Shown: positions 19,571 to 29,575 of the stretch, one piece after another | Numbering within the stretch: position 1 is the stretch's first letter | Layout of the letters: each line of letters opens with the position of its first letter | Assembly: GCA_963708025.1 (NCBI GenBank) | Contig: CAVPSB010000018.1 | Location: forward strand, 32,001-96,000 | Source: an uncultured Candidatus Rokubacteria bacterium | Lineage (GTDB): Bacteria; Methylomirabilota; Methylomirabilia; Rokubacteriales; DASRDR01 | Reading direction: 5' to 3' | Length of the DNA: 64,000 nucleotides | Notes under the pieces: generated by a model | Database searches by the model: none | What the model was told of the DNA's origin: nothing | Seen by the model: the letters and a program-made list of their open reading frames with translations, nothing else | Position numbers and translations under genes: made by a program

Positions 19571-19936
19571 CTACTCGATGGGCAAAGCACGACGCCGGAT
19601 GTGCCGCCGATCGACGACGACGATCGACCCCTCGAGGTCCAGCGCCGGAGTCTGCGTCAACACGCGATCGAGCAGGCCGAGCATCTCGGCATCCGAAAAC
19701 GCGCCCCCGCGGAACAAGATGATGCCAGGGCGGCTGGCCCCGTGGAGCGCCAGAAGCCGAGGGTAGTCGAGATCTGCAGTGATGATGACTCGCTCTTCAC
19801 GCCGCGCCACGTCGAGAAGCTGGGTGTCGGCGGCTCGAGCCAGACCGATCTCGTCGGCGTGGACCGCGTCATGACCGGTGGCCCGCAGATGCCTGACGGT
19901 CAGGGGCGTGACCGGCATGTTGACCAGGAACTTCAA
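19571..19936 (-). CDS. DUF5615 PIN-like toxin (VapC45-like)
   Basis: MKFLVNMPV, GHDAVH, D.QLLDVARREERVIITADLDY, RRALP. Confidence 0.88.
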   Translation of the reverse strand: MKFLVNMPVTPLTVRHLRATGHDAVHADEIGLARAADTQLLDVARREERVIITADLDYPRLLALHGASRPGIILFRGGAFSDAEMLGLLDRVLTQTPALDLEGSIVVVDRRHIRRRALPIE

Positions 19937-20157
19937 CCGGTCAGCTCGATAATCTCGTCTTCCGCCAGGCTCGCGGCATATCGCAGAGCCTCGTCAATGT
20001 CGGCCGCTTCGAGATACGGATAGGCGCGAAGGATCTCCTCGCGGCTCTGGCCGCTGGCCAGCAACCCGAGCAGACGTGAGACGGGGAAGCGCAGATCCCG
20101 GATGCAGGGCTTCCCGGTGCAGACATCAGGGCGCGCCGTGATCCGCGTGAACGTCAT
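19933..20157 (-). CDS. DUF433 antitoxin
   Basis: RITARPDVCTGKPCIRDLRFPV...EILRAYPYLEAADIDEALRYA; overlaps the toxin start. Confidence 0.92.
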   Translation of the reverse strand: MTFTRITARPDVCTGKPCIRDLRFPVSRLLGLLASGQSREEILRAYPYLEAADIDEALRYAASLAEDEIIELTG

Positions 20158-20308
20158 GTTCCCTCGGGCTCCTAGTGTACCTTGAAACGCGGCCATGCGT
20201 TCACAAGGCTTGGCTTCTCGGCGCGCGTCGTCCAGGCGCACGAGCCCGAGCTCCTCGGAAGCGATGCTCGTCTGGCCGGGTCGAATCGATGAATCACGAG
20301 AACGGAAC

Positions 20309-21037
20309 GTAGGAAATGCTAGCGACGTTTTTCTCGCCCTCTCCCTGGCCCCGCATCCCCTCGCTCTCGCCTTGGCCCCCGCAGCCCGACTGGAGCGCCG
20401 CGCCGGCCCGCGCGGCAAGGGCGTTCGGAGGTCGGAGCGGTGGCGCGGAAGCCGCCCGGCGGGGTCGGCAGGCGGACAGGGGAGGGGCCGGGCGGGGGGG
20501 CCGGCGGATCGGGGGGCGCGCGGGTCAGGCGGCGGGGACGGCGTGGCCCGGCGGCGGCTGGGCGGCGAGCCCCAGCGCCGCCAGCAGCCGCCCCACCGCG
20601 TGGGGCTCCGTCACCGCCCCGAGGACCCGGCGCGGGCCCCCGCACCGCTCACACACCAGCACCTGGATGGCGAACACTCGGCGGAGGAGCCGAGCCCAGG
20701 TCCACCGCCCCGGTGACCGCGCGCCTGCGTCCGCGCCAGGGTCGTCAGGGGTGGGCCGCACCACGATCGCGGATCGCCATTGGGCACGCGGGGCGAGGAG
20801 TCCATGGTAGGCGAGCAATGGCCGGCGCGGCGGGGGCACGAGGGCGGCCAAACGCTCCAACCACTCCAGCGGGTCCAGGAGCAGCGCCGTCGCCCCATCG
20901 CTCCACGGACGTCTGAACTCGTAGAGCAACTGCCCGTCCGAGCTCTCCGTCAGGCACTCGAGTGCCAGGGGCGGGCGCAGGATGGAGCGGCACACCGTCT
21001 CCAGTTGATCCCGGCGGCGCGCCGGCACGGCCAGCCC
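20309..21037 (-). mobile_element. IS91-family (HUH/Y2) element remnant, copy 1: transposase C-terminus plus oriIS end
   Basis: RRPWSDG, LDPLEWLERLAALVPPP, YHGLLAP, WARLLRRVF, CERCGG; end ...GCATTTCCTAC next to GTTC. Confidence 0.85.
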
Positions 21038-21356
21038 CTCCGTTGGGGTCGGCGGCCACCCAGGTTGCCCGCACCTGCACCTCGGGGCGGAAGCTGCGCT
21101 CCCACAGGAGGATCCCGGCGGAGCTGAATTTCCGGGTCAGCACGACGCCGTTCACGTAGGTGTCGCCGACGGAATAGACGTTCTCGAAGCGGTCGATGTT
21201 CATCATCCTGCCGCCGAAATTCGGGGCGGTCGCTTCCCAGACGACCTCCACCGCGGGCGTCGAGGTTTGCGCCAGCGCGCCTGGCGTTACGGCAACGAGA
21301 AGCAGCAGGGAGCACAGAACGCCGCGGAGAGCGGTGGTTGCGGAACGAGGTTTCAT
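21038..21356 (-). pseudogene. N-terminal fragment of secreted beta-propeller-like protein
   Basis: Signal peptide ..GALAQ; NVYSVG..LTRKFSSAGILLWER; fused to the IS91 remnant. Confidence 0.6.
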
Positions 21357-21486
21357 GGAGTCACCTTTCTTCCCCCGCCCATTTTGGGGGTTATGAGGCG
21401 TGGCACCTGAGACTAATCGTCGCGCAACGCGATGATTGGGCGTTTGATCCCTGTCAACCTGTCGACGGATATCTGCGGTACAAGTC

Positions 21487-22621
21487 CTAAAGGATTTTCT
21501 CGCCGAACCTGCGCAAGGCGTTCTCGGACAAGGTGAGGCCAAGCCCAGGCTGTTCCTTGAGCCTGAGCATCCCATTCCTGATTGCGGGCGGATCCTCGAA
21601 CAGCTCCGCCTGCAGCGGGTCGCGCTCGGGGTCGGTGAACGACTCGACGATGAGTCCGGCCGGGCTCGCGGCGACGATGTGCGCGTGGATGAAGCAGTCG
21701 TGGTGCGGGGCCACGTGCACGTGGTTGAGCTCGCACAGCGCGGCGAGCTTGCGGCCCTCGGTGAAGCCGCCCATCATGGTGCAGTCGAACTGCAGGATCT
21801 GGATCGCCTCTTCCTCGAGAAGCGCGCGGCAGGCGTAGCTCGTGAGCTCGCTCTCGCCCGCCGAAAGCGGGATGCGCGTCTTCTGCGCGAGGAGCTTGAG
21901 CTCCCTGCGGTCGTCGGCCCAGCGCACCGGCTCTTCGAGCCAGCGCGGGCGCGAGCGGCTCGAGCAGGCGCGCGCCTTCGATGGCGGTGGCGAGGTCCCA
22001 GCCCCGGTTCACGTCGATCATCAGGTCCTTGTCCGCGCCGATGACCTCGCGCACCAGGGCAAGACGCTCCATGTCCTCGGCGAGCGGGGCGCCGCCGGCC
22101 TTGGCCTTGAATCCGGTGTGTCCCTGCGACTTGAGCATCTGCATCTCGTCGCGCAGCTCCGACAGCGTCTTGCCGTCGCGGTAGTAGGCGCAGGTGACGT
22201 AGCACGGGACTTCGCTGCGGTAGCCGCCGAAAAGGCGATAGAGCGGCAGCTTCGCCACCTTTCCGACGAGGTCCCAGCAGGCGATGTCCACGGCGGCGGA
22301 AATGCGGATGATGGCTTCGCGCGACCAGTCTTTCTCGCTCGCACGTCGCTGCCACGTAAGCGCGAACAGCTTCTGGTAGATCTGCTCGGGGGCGAGCGGA
22401 TCCATGCCGACGACGAGCTCGGCGATGCCGCTGCGGAAGGCGGCGATCGCCGCCTCGATCGGCGTATAGCTCGTGGCGATGCCGATGCCCTCGAGCCCTT
22501 CGTCGGTCTGCATGCGCACGAGGATTTCGTTGGCGCGCGGGACGATGAAATGGCTGACCCAGTGCGGGCGATCCTCCCGCGGCGCGCGCAGGATGTACAC
22601 CTGTAGGCCGGCGATCTTCAC
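21487..22621 (-). CDS. Mandelate racemase/muconate lactonizing enzyme family (one frameshift near 21945)
   Basis: SAVDIACWDL, FKAK, IDVN, (W)LEEP, SAGESE, PHH, PGLG across two frames. Confidence 0.88.
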
Positions 22622-22631
22622 GCGTTCTCCT

Positions 22632-23515
22632 TTAGAGTAGTCGCTGTTGCCGACGGCTGTACGCCATGCGGCCCGCCACGTACGTGGCCTTCACCGCGCG
22701 GTCGTCGCCCATCGTCATCTGGATGAACAGCGCCTCCTCGATGTCGCTGCAGGAGCGCATCCGGTACTCGATGACCGGGGTCGACTTGAGGTCGAGCACG
22801 ACCAGATCCGCTTCCATGCCGGGCGCGATGCTGCCGATCCGGTCCTCGAGGTAAAGGGACTGCGCGCCGCCGCGCGTCGCGCGGTAGAACGCATGCCCGG
22901 CGGAGAGAGGATTGCCGTTCAGCTGCGCGGCCTTGTAGGCCCCGTTGAGCGTCTGCAGCATCGAGAACGAGGTGCCTGCGCCCAGGTCGGTGCCGAGGCC
23001 CACGCGCACCGGACGCTCGGGCTTCTTCGCGTTCTTGAGGTTGAACAGACCGCTGCCAAGGAACGCGTTCGACGTGGGGCAGTGCGCGAGCGCGGTGCCG
23101 GTCTCGTGGCAGCGCGCGAGCTCGGCCTCGGTGAGCCAGATGCCATGGCCGAAGATCGCGCGGGGGCCGAGCTGCTGGTAGTGGTCGTACGTGTCGAGAT
23201 AGCCCTTGCGCTGCGGGTACAGCTGCTTCACCCAGGCGACCTCGCCTCGGTTCTCGGAGACATGCGACTGCAGGTAGGTGCCGGGGTGCTCGCGCCACAG
23301 CGCGCCGGCGAGCTCCATCTGCTCGGGCGTGCTGGTGGGCGCGAAGCGCGGCGTCACGCTATAGAGCGCGCGGCCCCTGCCGTGCCATTTGCGGATCAGC
23401 GCCTTCGCTTCGTCGTAGCCCTTCCTCGCCGTGTCGGTGAGCGCGGCCGGGGCGTTGCGGTCCATCAGGACCTTGCCGGCGACCGTGCGCATGCCGAGCG
23501 CCTCGGCTTCCGAAC
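22632..23515 (-). pseudogene. guaD: Guanine deaminase, 5' part removed at the IS91 junction
   Basis: GKVLMDRNAP, TPRFAPT, QSHVSEN, HCPTSNAFLGSG, GTDLGAG, GDDR; N-terminal HxH missing. Confidence 0.9.
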
Positions 23516-23715
23516 GTAGGAAATGCTAGCGACGTTTTTCTCGCCCTCTCCCTGGCCCCGCATCCCCTCGCTCTCGCCTTGGCCCCCGCAGCCCGACTGT
23601 AGCGCCGCGCCGGCCCGCGCGGCAAGGGCGTCGGGAGGTCGGAGAGGTGGCGCGGAAGCCGCCCCGCGGGGTCGGCAGGCAGACGGGGGAGGGGCCGCGC
23701 GGGGGGGCCGGCGGA
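23516..23715 (-). mobile_element. IS91-family oriIS end, copy 2 (non-coding, 200 bp)
   Basis: Near-identical to the first about 200 bp of 20309 copy; abuts GAAC at 23512-23515. Confidence 0.85.
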
Positions 23716-23776
23716 GCGACGATAGTGCGATCGTCGGCGCCGGCCCCGGAGCCGGACGCCAGCGAGGGAGACGGCG

Positions 23777-24837
23777 ATGGAGCAGACGCTCGACAAGCAG
23801 CGGACACAGGAGTTCGCCCGGAAGCTCTTCGGGCTCTACACGAGCGGCATCCTCACCCTGATGGTGGACATCGGCCACAAGACGGGTCTCTTCGAGGCGG
23901 TGGCGTGCGGCCGGGGGACCAGCCGGGAGATCGCCGAGCGTGCGGGGCTCGAGGAGCGCTACGTGCGCGAGTGGCTCGGGGCGATGGCGACGGGCGGCAT
24001 CGTCGAGTACGCGGCGGCGTCGCGGACGTTCACGCTGCCGCCCGAGCACGCCGTCTGCCTGACCGGCACCTCGAGCCGTAACCTCGCCGCCGGCAGCCAG
24101 GGCCTCCTGATGCTCGCCAAGCGTCTGCCCCGGGTCGTCGAGTGCTTTCGCCGGGGCGGCGGCGTCCCCTACTCCGAGTTCCGGCCGGACTTCACCGAGG
24201 CGATGGACGCCTCCTGGCGTCTCCTCTACGACGGGCTCCTGATCAAGGGCTTCCTGCCGGCCGCCAAGGAGCTGCCCGAGCGGCTACAGGCCGGCATCCG
24301 GGCTCTGGACCTCGGCTGCGGGACCGGGCACGCGATCAACCTCATGGCCCGCGAGTATCCCCGCTCCACCTTCGTCGGCTATGACCTCGGCGAGGATGCG
24401 ATCACCCGCGCCCGGGCCGAGGCCCAATCGCTGGGACTCGGGAACGCTCGCTTCGAGGTCCGGGACGTGGGGCGGTTGCCCGCCGAGCCGAAGTTCGATC
24501 TGATCACGTCCTTCGACGCCATCCACGACCAGCGCGATCCGGCGGCGGTTCTCCGCTGTGCGGCGGACGCCCTCGCCCCCGACGGGGTTTACCTCATGGT
24601 CGAGCCGAAGGCCTCGAGCAACCTCGAGGAGAACATCGGTAACCCCTTCGCCCCCTACCTCTACGGGATGAGCGTGCTCCACTGCATGACGTGTCCCTCG
24701 CCGAGGGCGGGGCGGGGCTCGGGACGGCGTGGGGCGCAGAGACGGCGCGCCGGATGCTGGAGGAGGCCGGCTTCACGTCCATCGCCGTGGTGGACGCGCC
24801 CGGTCCCCAGAACAGCATCTACATCTGTCGCCGCTGA
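23777..24837 (+). CDS. Class I SAM methyltransferase with N-terminal winged helix (Rv2258c-like; frameshift near 24690)
   Basis: ERYVREWL, LDLGCGTG, FDAIHD, HCMT(V)SLAEGGAGLGTAWG. Confidence 0.88.
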
Positions 24838-24838
24838 G

Positions 24839-26495
24839 CTAGCCCGGGGCCGCGCGCTTGCGCGCCTCCTCCTGGTGGCGGAGCTCGACCCGGCGGATCT
24901 TGCCGCTGATGGTCTTCGGCAGCTCGCGCACGAACTCGATCTCGCGCGGGTACTTGTAGGGCGCCGTCACCCGCTTGACGTGCTCTTGCAGTTCCTCGGC
25001 GAGCCGGGGCGATGGGTCGTGGCCCGGGGCCAGGATCACGAAGGCCTTCACGACGCTGCCGCGCATGGGGTCGGGGCTGGCCACCACGGCGGCCTCGGCC
25101 ACGGCCGGATGCTCGACCAGGGCCGACTCCACCTCGAAGGGTCCGATGCGGTAGCCGGCGCTGATGATCACGTCGTCGGCCCGCCCGACGAACCAGAAGT
25201 AGCCGTCGGCGTCGCACCGGGCCCGGTCGCCGGTGACGTACCAGTCGCCGCGGAAGCAGCCGGCCGTGGCCTCCGGGTTCCGCCAGTACTCGCGAAAGAG
25301 CCCCACCGGACGCTCGGGCTTCGACGCGCACGGCGATGTCGCCCTCGGCATCGGGCGCCGCCGCGCGGCCCTCGTGGTCGATCACCGCGACGTCGAAGCC
25401 CGGCATCGGCTTGCCCATCGAGCCCGGCTTGACGGGCAGGCAGCGATAGTTGCCGACGAGCAGCACGGTCTCGGTCTGACCGTAGCCGTCGTAGATCGTC
25501 AGCCCGGTGCCCTTCTTCCACGCCTCGATGACCTCAGGGTTGAGCGGCTCGCCGGCGCCGACGCAGTGGCGGAGCTTCGGCAGCCGGAAGTGGCGGAGGT
25601 CCTCCAGCACCATCATGCGATAGGCGGTGGGAGGCGCGCAGAAGGTGGTCACCCCGTGCCGCTCGAGGAGGGTGAGGCAGCGCTTGGCGTCGAACTTTCC
25701 CCGATCGTCCACGATCAGGAGGGCGGCGCCCATGCGCCAGGGGCCGAAGAGGTTGCTGTAGGCCGCCTTGGCCCAGCCGGTGTCGGAGAGGTTCCAGTGC
25801 AGATCGCTGGCCGAGAGGTCGAGCCAGTACTTTCCCGTGAGCCGGTGGGCGAGGCCGTAGGACGCTTGCGTGTGGAGCACCATCTTGGGCCCGGCCGTCG
25901 TGCCCGAGGTGAAGTAGACCATCAGGGGGTCGTCGCTCCGCGTCTTCTCGAGCACGATCTGGGAGGGGGCCGCCCCCATGGTCGCGTCGAAGCTCTCCCA
26001 GCCCGCGCGGGTGCCGCCCACGAGCAGGAGGCGCTCGAGCGTCGGGCACTGGGCGCGGGCTCGCTCGACGGTCTCGGCGCTCTCGGGGGTGGTGATCGCC
26101 AGCTTCACGCTGGCGCTCTTCACACGGTAGGCGATGTCCTTCACCGTGAGCAGCGTGGTCCCGGGCATGGGGACGGCCCCGAGCTTGATGAGCCCGAGCA
26201 GGATGACGTGCCACTCGGGCAGGCGCGGCATGATGACGAGCACGCCGTCGCCCTTCTTGATGCCGAGCGCGCGGAGGACGTTGGCGCAGCGGTTCGACGC
26301 GTCGCGGAAGTAGCCGAAGCTGAGCCGGCGCTCCTCGCCGTCCTGGCCCACCCAGAGCATGGCCAGCTGGCCGGGATCCTCGCCGGCCCAGCGATCCACC
26401 ACGTCCTGGGCGAAGTTGAAGCGCTCCGAAACTTCCAGGCGGCAGACGCGTCGCTCGTGCTCGTAGTCGGTCATGTTCGGCGGCGGGTTTGCCAT
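24839..26495 (-). CDS. Medium-chain acyl-CoA synthetase (ACSM-like; frameshift near 25322)
   Basis: [45 protein letters not shown]. Confidence 0.9.
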
Positions 26496-26610
26496 CACCG
26501 TCCTCCTGCGGGCCGCGGCCCGCTTTCGACGACCGCCCATCCGATCCGGCGGGGCTCACCGCGGCCCGCCCTGCGCGCCGATGGTCCGCTGTACGGGGTT
26601 CGGGAGCTGA

Positions 26611-26928
26611 TCACTCGAGAAGCACGTCGGCACGACCCAGGATGGAAGGGGGAATGGAGAGACCGATGGCGCGTGCGCTTCTCAGGTTCACGACCAGCTC
26701 GAAGCGTGTCGGCTGCTCGATGGGCAGGTCCGCGGGCTTGGCGCCCTTGAGAATCTTGTCGACGAAGGAGGCCGTCCGATAGAACTGGTCCTGGAGGTTC
26801 GACCCGTACGACATGAGCCCGCCCGCTTCGACCGCTTCCCTGAACCCGTATATCGCCGGCAGTCGCTGCTTCGTCGCGAACTCCAGGATCTTCGCCCGGT
26901 TGCGGCCGGTGACGAGAACGACGAGAAC
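26611..26928 (-). pseudogene. C-terminal fragment of ABC substrate-binding protein (ABC_sub_bind type)
   Basis: RLPAIY..GGLMSYG..VDKILKGAKPADLPIEQPTRFELVVNL; cut at the IS91 junction. Confidence 0.9.
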
Positions 26929-27377
26929 GTAGGAAATGCTAGGAACCTAGGAAATGCTAGCGACGTTTTTCTCGCCCTCTTCCTGGCCCCGCATCCCCTC
27001 GCTCTCGCCTTGGCCCCCGCAGCGCGACTGTAGCGCCGCGCCGGCCCGCGCGGCAAGGGCGTCGGGAGGTCGGAGCGGTGGCGCGGAAGCCGCCCCGCGG
27101 GGTCGGCAGGCAGGCGGGGGAGGGGCCGGGCGGGGGGGCCGGCGGATCGGGGGGCGCGCGGGTCAGGCGGCGGGGACGGCGTGGCCCGGCGGCGGCTGGG
27201 CGGCGAGCCCCAGCGCCGCCAGCAGCCGCCCCACCGCGTGGGGCTCCGTCACCGCCCCGAGGACCCGGCGCGGGCCCCCGCACCGCTCACACACCAGCAC
27301 CTGGATGGCGAACACTCGGCGGAGGAGCCGAGCCCAGGTCCACCGCCCCGGTGACCGCGCGCCTGCGTCCGCGCCAG
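26929..27377 (-). mobile_element. IS91-family remnant, copy 3 (duplicated terminal 18 bp)
   Basis: Near-identical to 20309-20738; GAACGTAGGAAATGCTAG-GAACCTAGGAAATGCTAG. Confidence 0.85.
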
Positions 27378-27590
27378 CCGAGCCCTTCCCGCCGCGGATC
27401 TTGATCGGCGGCACCACCAGCAGGAACTCGTAGACGCCCGCCGCCGCCAGCCCCTCCAGCCGGAAGTTCTCGATGATGAAGATCCCGTGGTCGGCGATCA
27501 GCAGCATGTGGACCGGGAAGACCTGGAATACCGGCGTGAAGACGACGGGCGGCCGCTTCTCGAAGGTCAGGGTGTCGGGGGCTAGCCAAC
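27378..27590 (-). pseudogene. Cyclase/kynurenine formamidase family C-terminal fragment
   Basis: FPVHMLLIADHGIFIIENFRLEGLA..YEFLLVVPPIKIRGGKGS. Confidence 0.8.
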
Positions 27591-27724
27591 ACAATGCCCC
27601 TTCTCAGCCATGGGCCCCCGGGCGGGGGCCGGCCGGCTGGGACGACATCGCGGTGGGCGTGACGGCCCCGCTGGTGGCACTCGCCCTGGGCGGCCTGCGT
27701 CGACAGGCTCCGGTGGGTCCGCGG

Positions 27725-28570
27725 CACTACCGCGTGAAGCACCTCGAGCGGTTCTTTGCCGGACGGCGCGTCGCGAGTCTCGGCCAGGCTGAGGTGGATG
27801 CCTACATCCTGGCGCGACACCGGCGGGGCGCGGCCGCCGGGACGATTCGCCGCGAGCTCGGCACGTTGGTCAAGATGCTGAGGCTGGCGTACACGGCCGG
27901 GAAGCTGGTCAGGCTGCCGGTGCTCGAGAAGCCCAAAGAGGGGGCCCCGCGCGAAGGGTTCTTCGAGCGCGAGCAGTACGAGGCGGTGCGGCAGCACCTC
28001 CCGGCCGATCTCCAGCTGGCGACGGCCATCGCCTACACCTACGGCTGGCGGACGCAGAGCGAGGTCCTCATCCTCGAGCGCCGTCAGCTGGATCTGGAGG
28101 CGGGCACGCTCCGGCTGGACCCGGGACAGACGAAAAACGACGACGGTCGCCTCGTCTATCTCACCCCCGAGTTGAAGACGCTCCTGGGCGCGCAACTCGA
28201 GCGGATCCGAGTGGTGGAGCGGCGAGCCGGGCGCATCATCCCGTATCTGTTTCCCTATCTGGGTGGCGCGCACCGCCTCGGTCAGCGTCGGCGGGACTAT
28301 CGGAAGGCGTGGGTCACGGCGTGCGAGAAGGCCGGGGTGGTGGGGCGCGTCCGCCACGACTTCCGGCGGACCGCCGTCCGCAACATGGTGAACCGCGGGG
28401 TGGCCGAGCGGGTCGCCATGACGATCACGGGCCACAAGACGCGCAGCGTGTTCGATCGCTACCACATCGTGAGCCCGCGCGAGCTCGAGGACGCGGCCCG
28501 GCGGCTCACGGGCATAGTTTCGGGCATAGTCCGGGCGGCGGACGTTGACAGCCGCCGCCTGACCCCGTAA
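27725..28570 (+). pseudogene. int: Tyrosine integrase of island A, N-terminal arm-binding region missing
   Basis: Catalytic set GWRT, TKND, HDFRR, GH, DRY; upstream part of ORF 27473-28570 is unrelated (antisense cyclase). Confidence 0.92.
28508..28531 (+). repeat. Putative arm-type site inside the integrase 3' end
   Basis: Identical to 3488-3511. Confidence 0.8.
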
Positions 28571-28573
28571 TTT
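28545..28573 (+). promoter_or_regulatory. Sigma70 promoter of intact tRNA-Val, overlapping the integrase C-terminus
   Basis: TTGACA-17bp-TAATTT; TAA 28568-28570 is the integrase stop. Confidence 0.85.
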
Positions 28574-28583
28574 ACTTAGGCAC

Positions 28584-28659
28584 GGGCGGATAGCTCAGCG
28601 GGGAGAGCGCAGCCCTTACAAGGCTGAGGTCGCAGGTTCGAGCCCTGCTCCGCCTACCA
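28584..28659 (+). tRNA. tRNA-Val(TAC)
   Basis: 76-nt cloverleaf: GGGCGGA/TCCGCCT, D arm GCTC/GAGC, CAGCC-CTTACAA-GGCTG, GCAGG-TTCGAGC-CCTGC, encoded CCA. Confidence 0.97.
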
Positions 28660-28896
28660 GCGAATCTCCTGCTCTTGCGCGGCTACGGCGCTCACACCAT
28701 GCGCCCACACCTATCGCTCGAGAGCAGGAGTTCGCAGCCCCGAGCCATCGAGCCCCCACCATGTGGTCTGCCCCCGTCTCCCCTTGCGGCCCTTCACGTC
28801 TTCGCAGCGAAGATGCCGCGTCCGGCCCTGGACGGTTAGACCCAGCGTGAAGCCACCGCGACACTGGTGCCGATGAGGTTTCCAACCGGACGGGCC

Positions 28897-29025
28897 GCGC
28901 GCGTCCAGGAGTTACTGACCGCGAAGTGTTCGGCGCTGGAGGCGCTGGCGAAGCGCCTTATGGAGAAGGAGGTCGTGAGCCGCGAGGCGCTGGGCTCACT
29001 GCTGAGCGGAACCCACCCCCGATAG
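28897..29025 (+). pseudogene. FtsH-like C-terminal tail fragment
   Basis: ARVQELLTAK..ALEALAKRLMEKEVVSREALGSLL*. Confidence 0.6.
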
Positions 29026-29176
29026 CCGTCGTCTGCTCCTCCTGAGGCCCCCTGAGGGTCCTGCCCCGCCCTCCGCCTCAGGAGAATGGTGCAGACGGAT
29101 CATTGCGAGGTCCGTCCACTGCGCGAAGATAGGCGTAAGACGAGCCCGCAACTGGCCGGAAGGCGAGGGGGACGCG

Positions 29177-29411
29177 ATGGGGGCCGAGACAGCGACTAGC
29201 TAGGCCAGCCGAAAGGTGTCCGTTCCTGGTGCCCGTGATGGCCGACGGGCTCTGGCTGCGCCCCACGAGCGCATATTGCCGGCGGCCGAATGGCCGCGTG
29301 CGGGTGCCCGCGGTGTTGACGGTCGACTGCATCTGCACGACGCGGGCGCATCTGGTTTGTGCCGGGTACCTCGAGACGTCGGACCAGGCCGCGGCGGCGA
29401 GCGCCGCCTGA
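29177..29411 (+). CDS. Small Cys/His-rich protein (start needs a 1-base correction in a G run)
   Basis: RCPFL...AYCRRPNGRVRVP...DCICTTRAHLVCAGY; RBS GAGGGGG before ATG 29177. Confidence 0.45.
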
Positions 29412-29575
29412 CCCGCAGTGGGACGTCCCGGCGCCAGTGGGCATCGGCTCCTGATGCCCCGGCGTTGACAGTGCCCGCGCGTGCAAGCTCACGCGAGTGC
29501 CGGCATGAGCGGCGCGCATAGCCGGCCCGACTTCCGCATGGGTTCAAGACAGTCGAGCACCTCATTGGGTCAGGC

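Larger units (their letters stand above)
3382..28622. mobile_element. Island A: decayed integrative element(s) at the tRNA-Val anticodon loop, restoring the 5' side of the gene
   Basis: 83-bp direct repeat (3299-3381 vs 28540-28622, 81/83), terminal tyrosine integrase, arm repeats at both ends, xis, primase, TA systems. Confidence 0.85.

Noticed and set aside
27473-27724. N-terminal part of the 365-aa integrase ORF as genuine
   Set aside because: Mostly the antisense of a cyclase fragment plus unrelated sequence; integrase similarity starts near 27725
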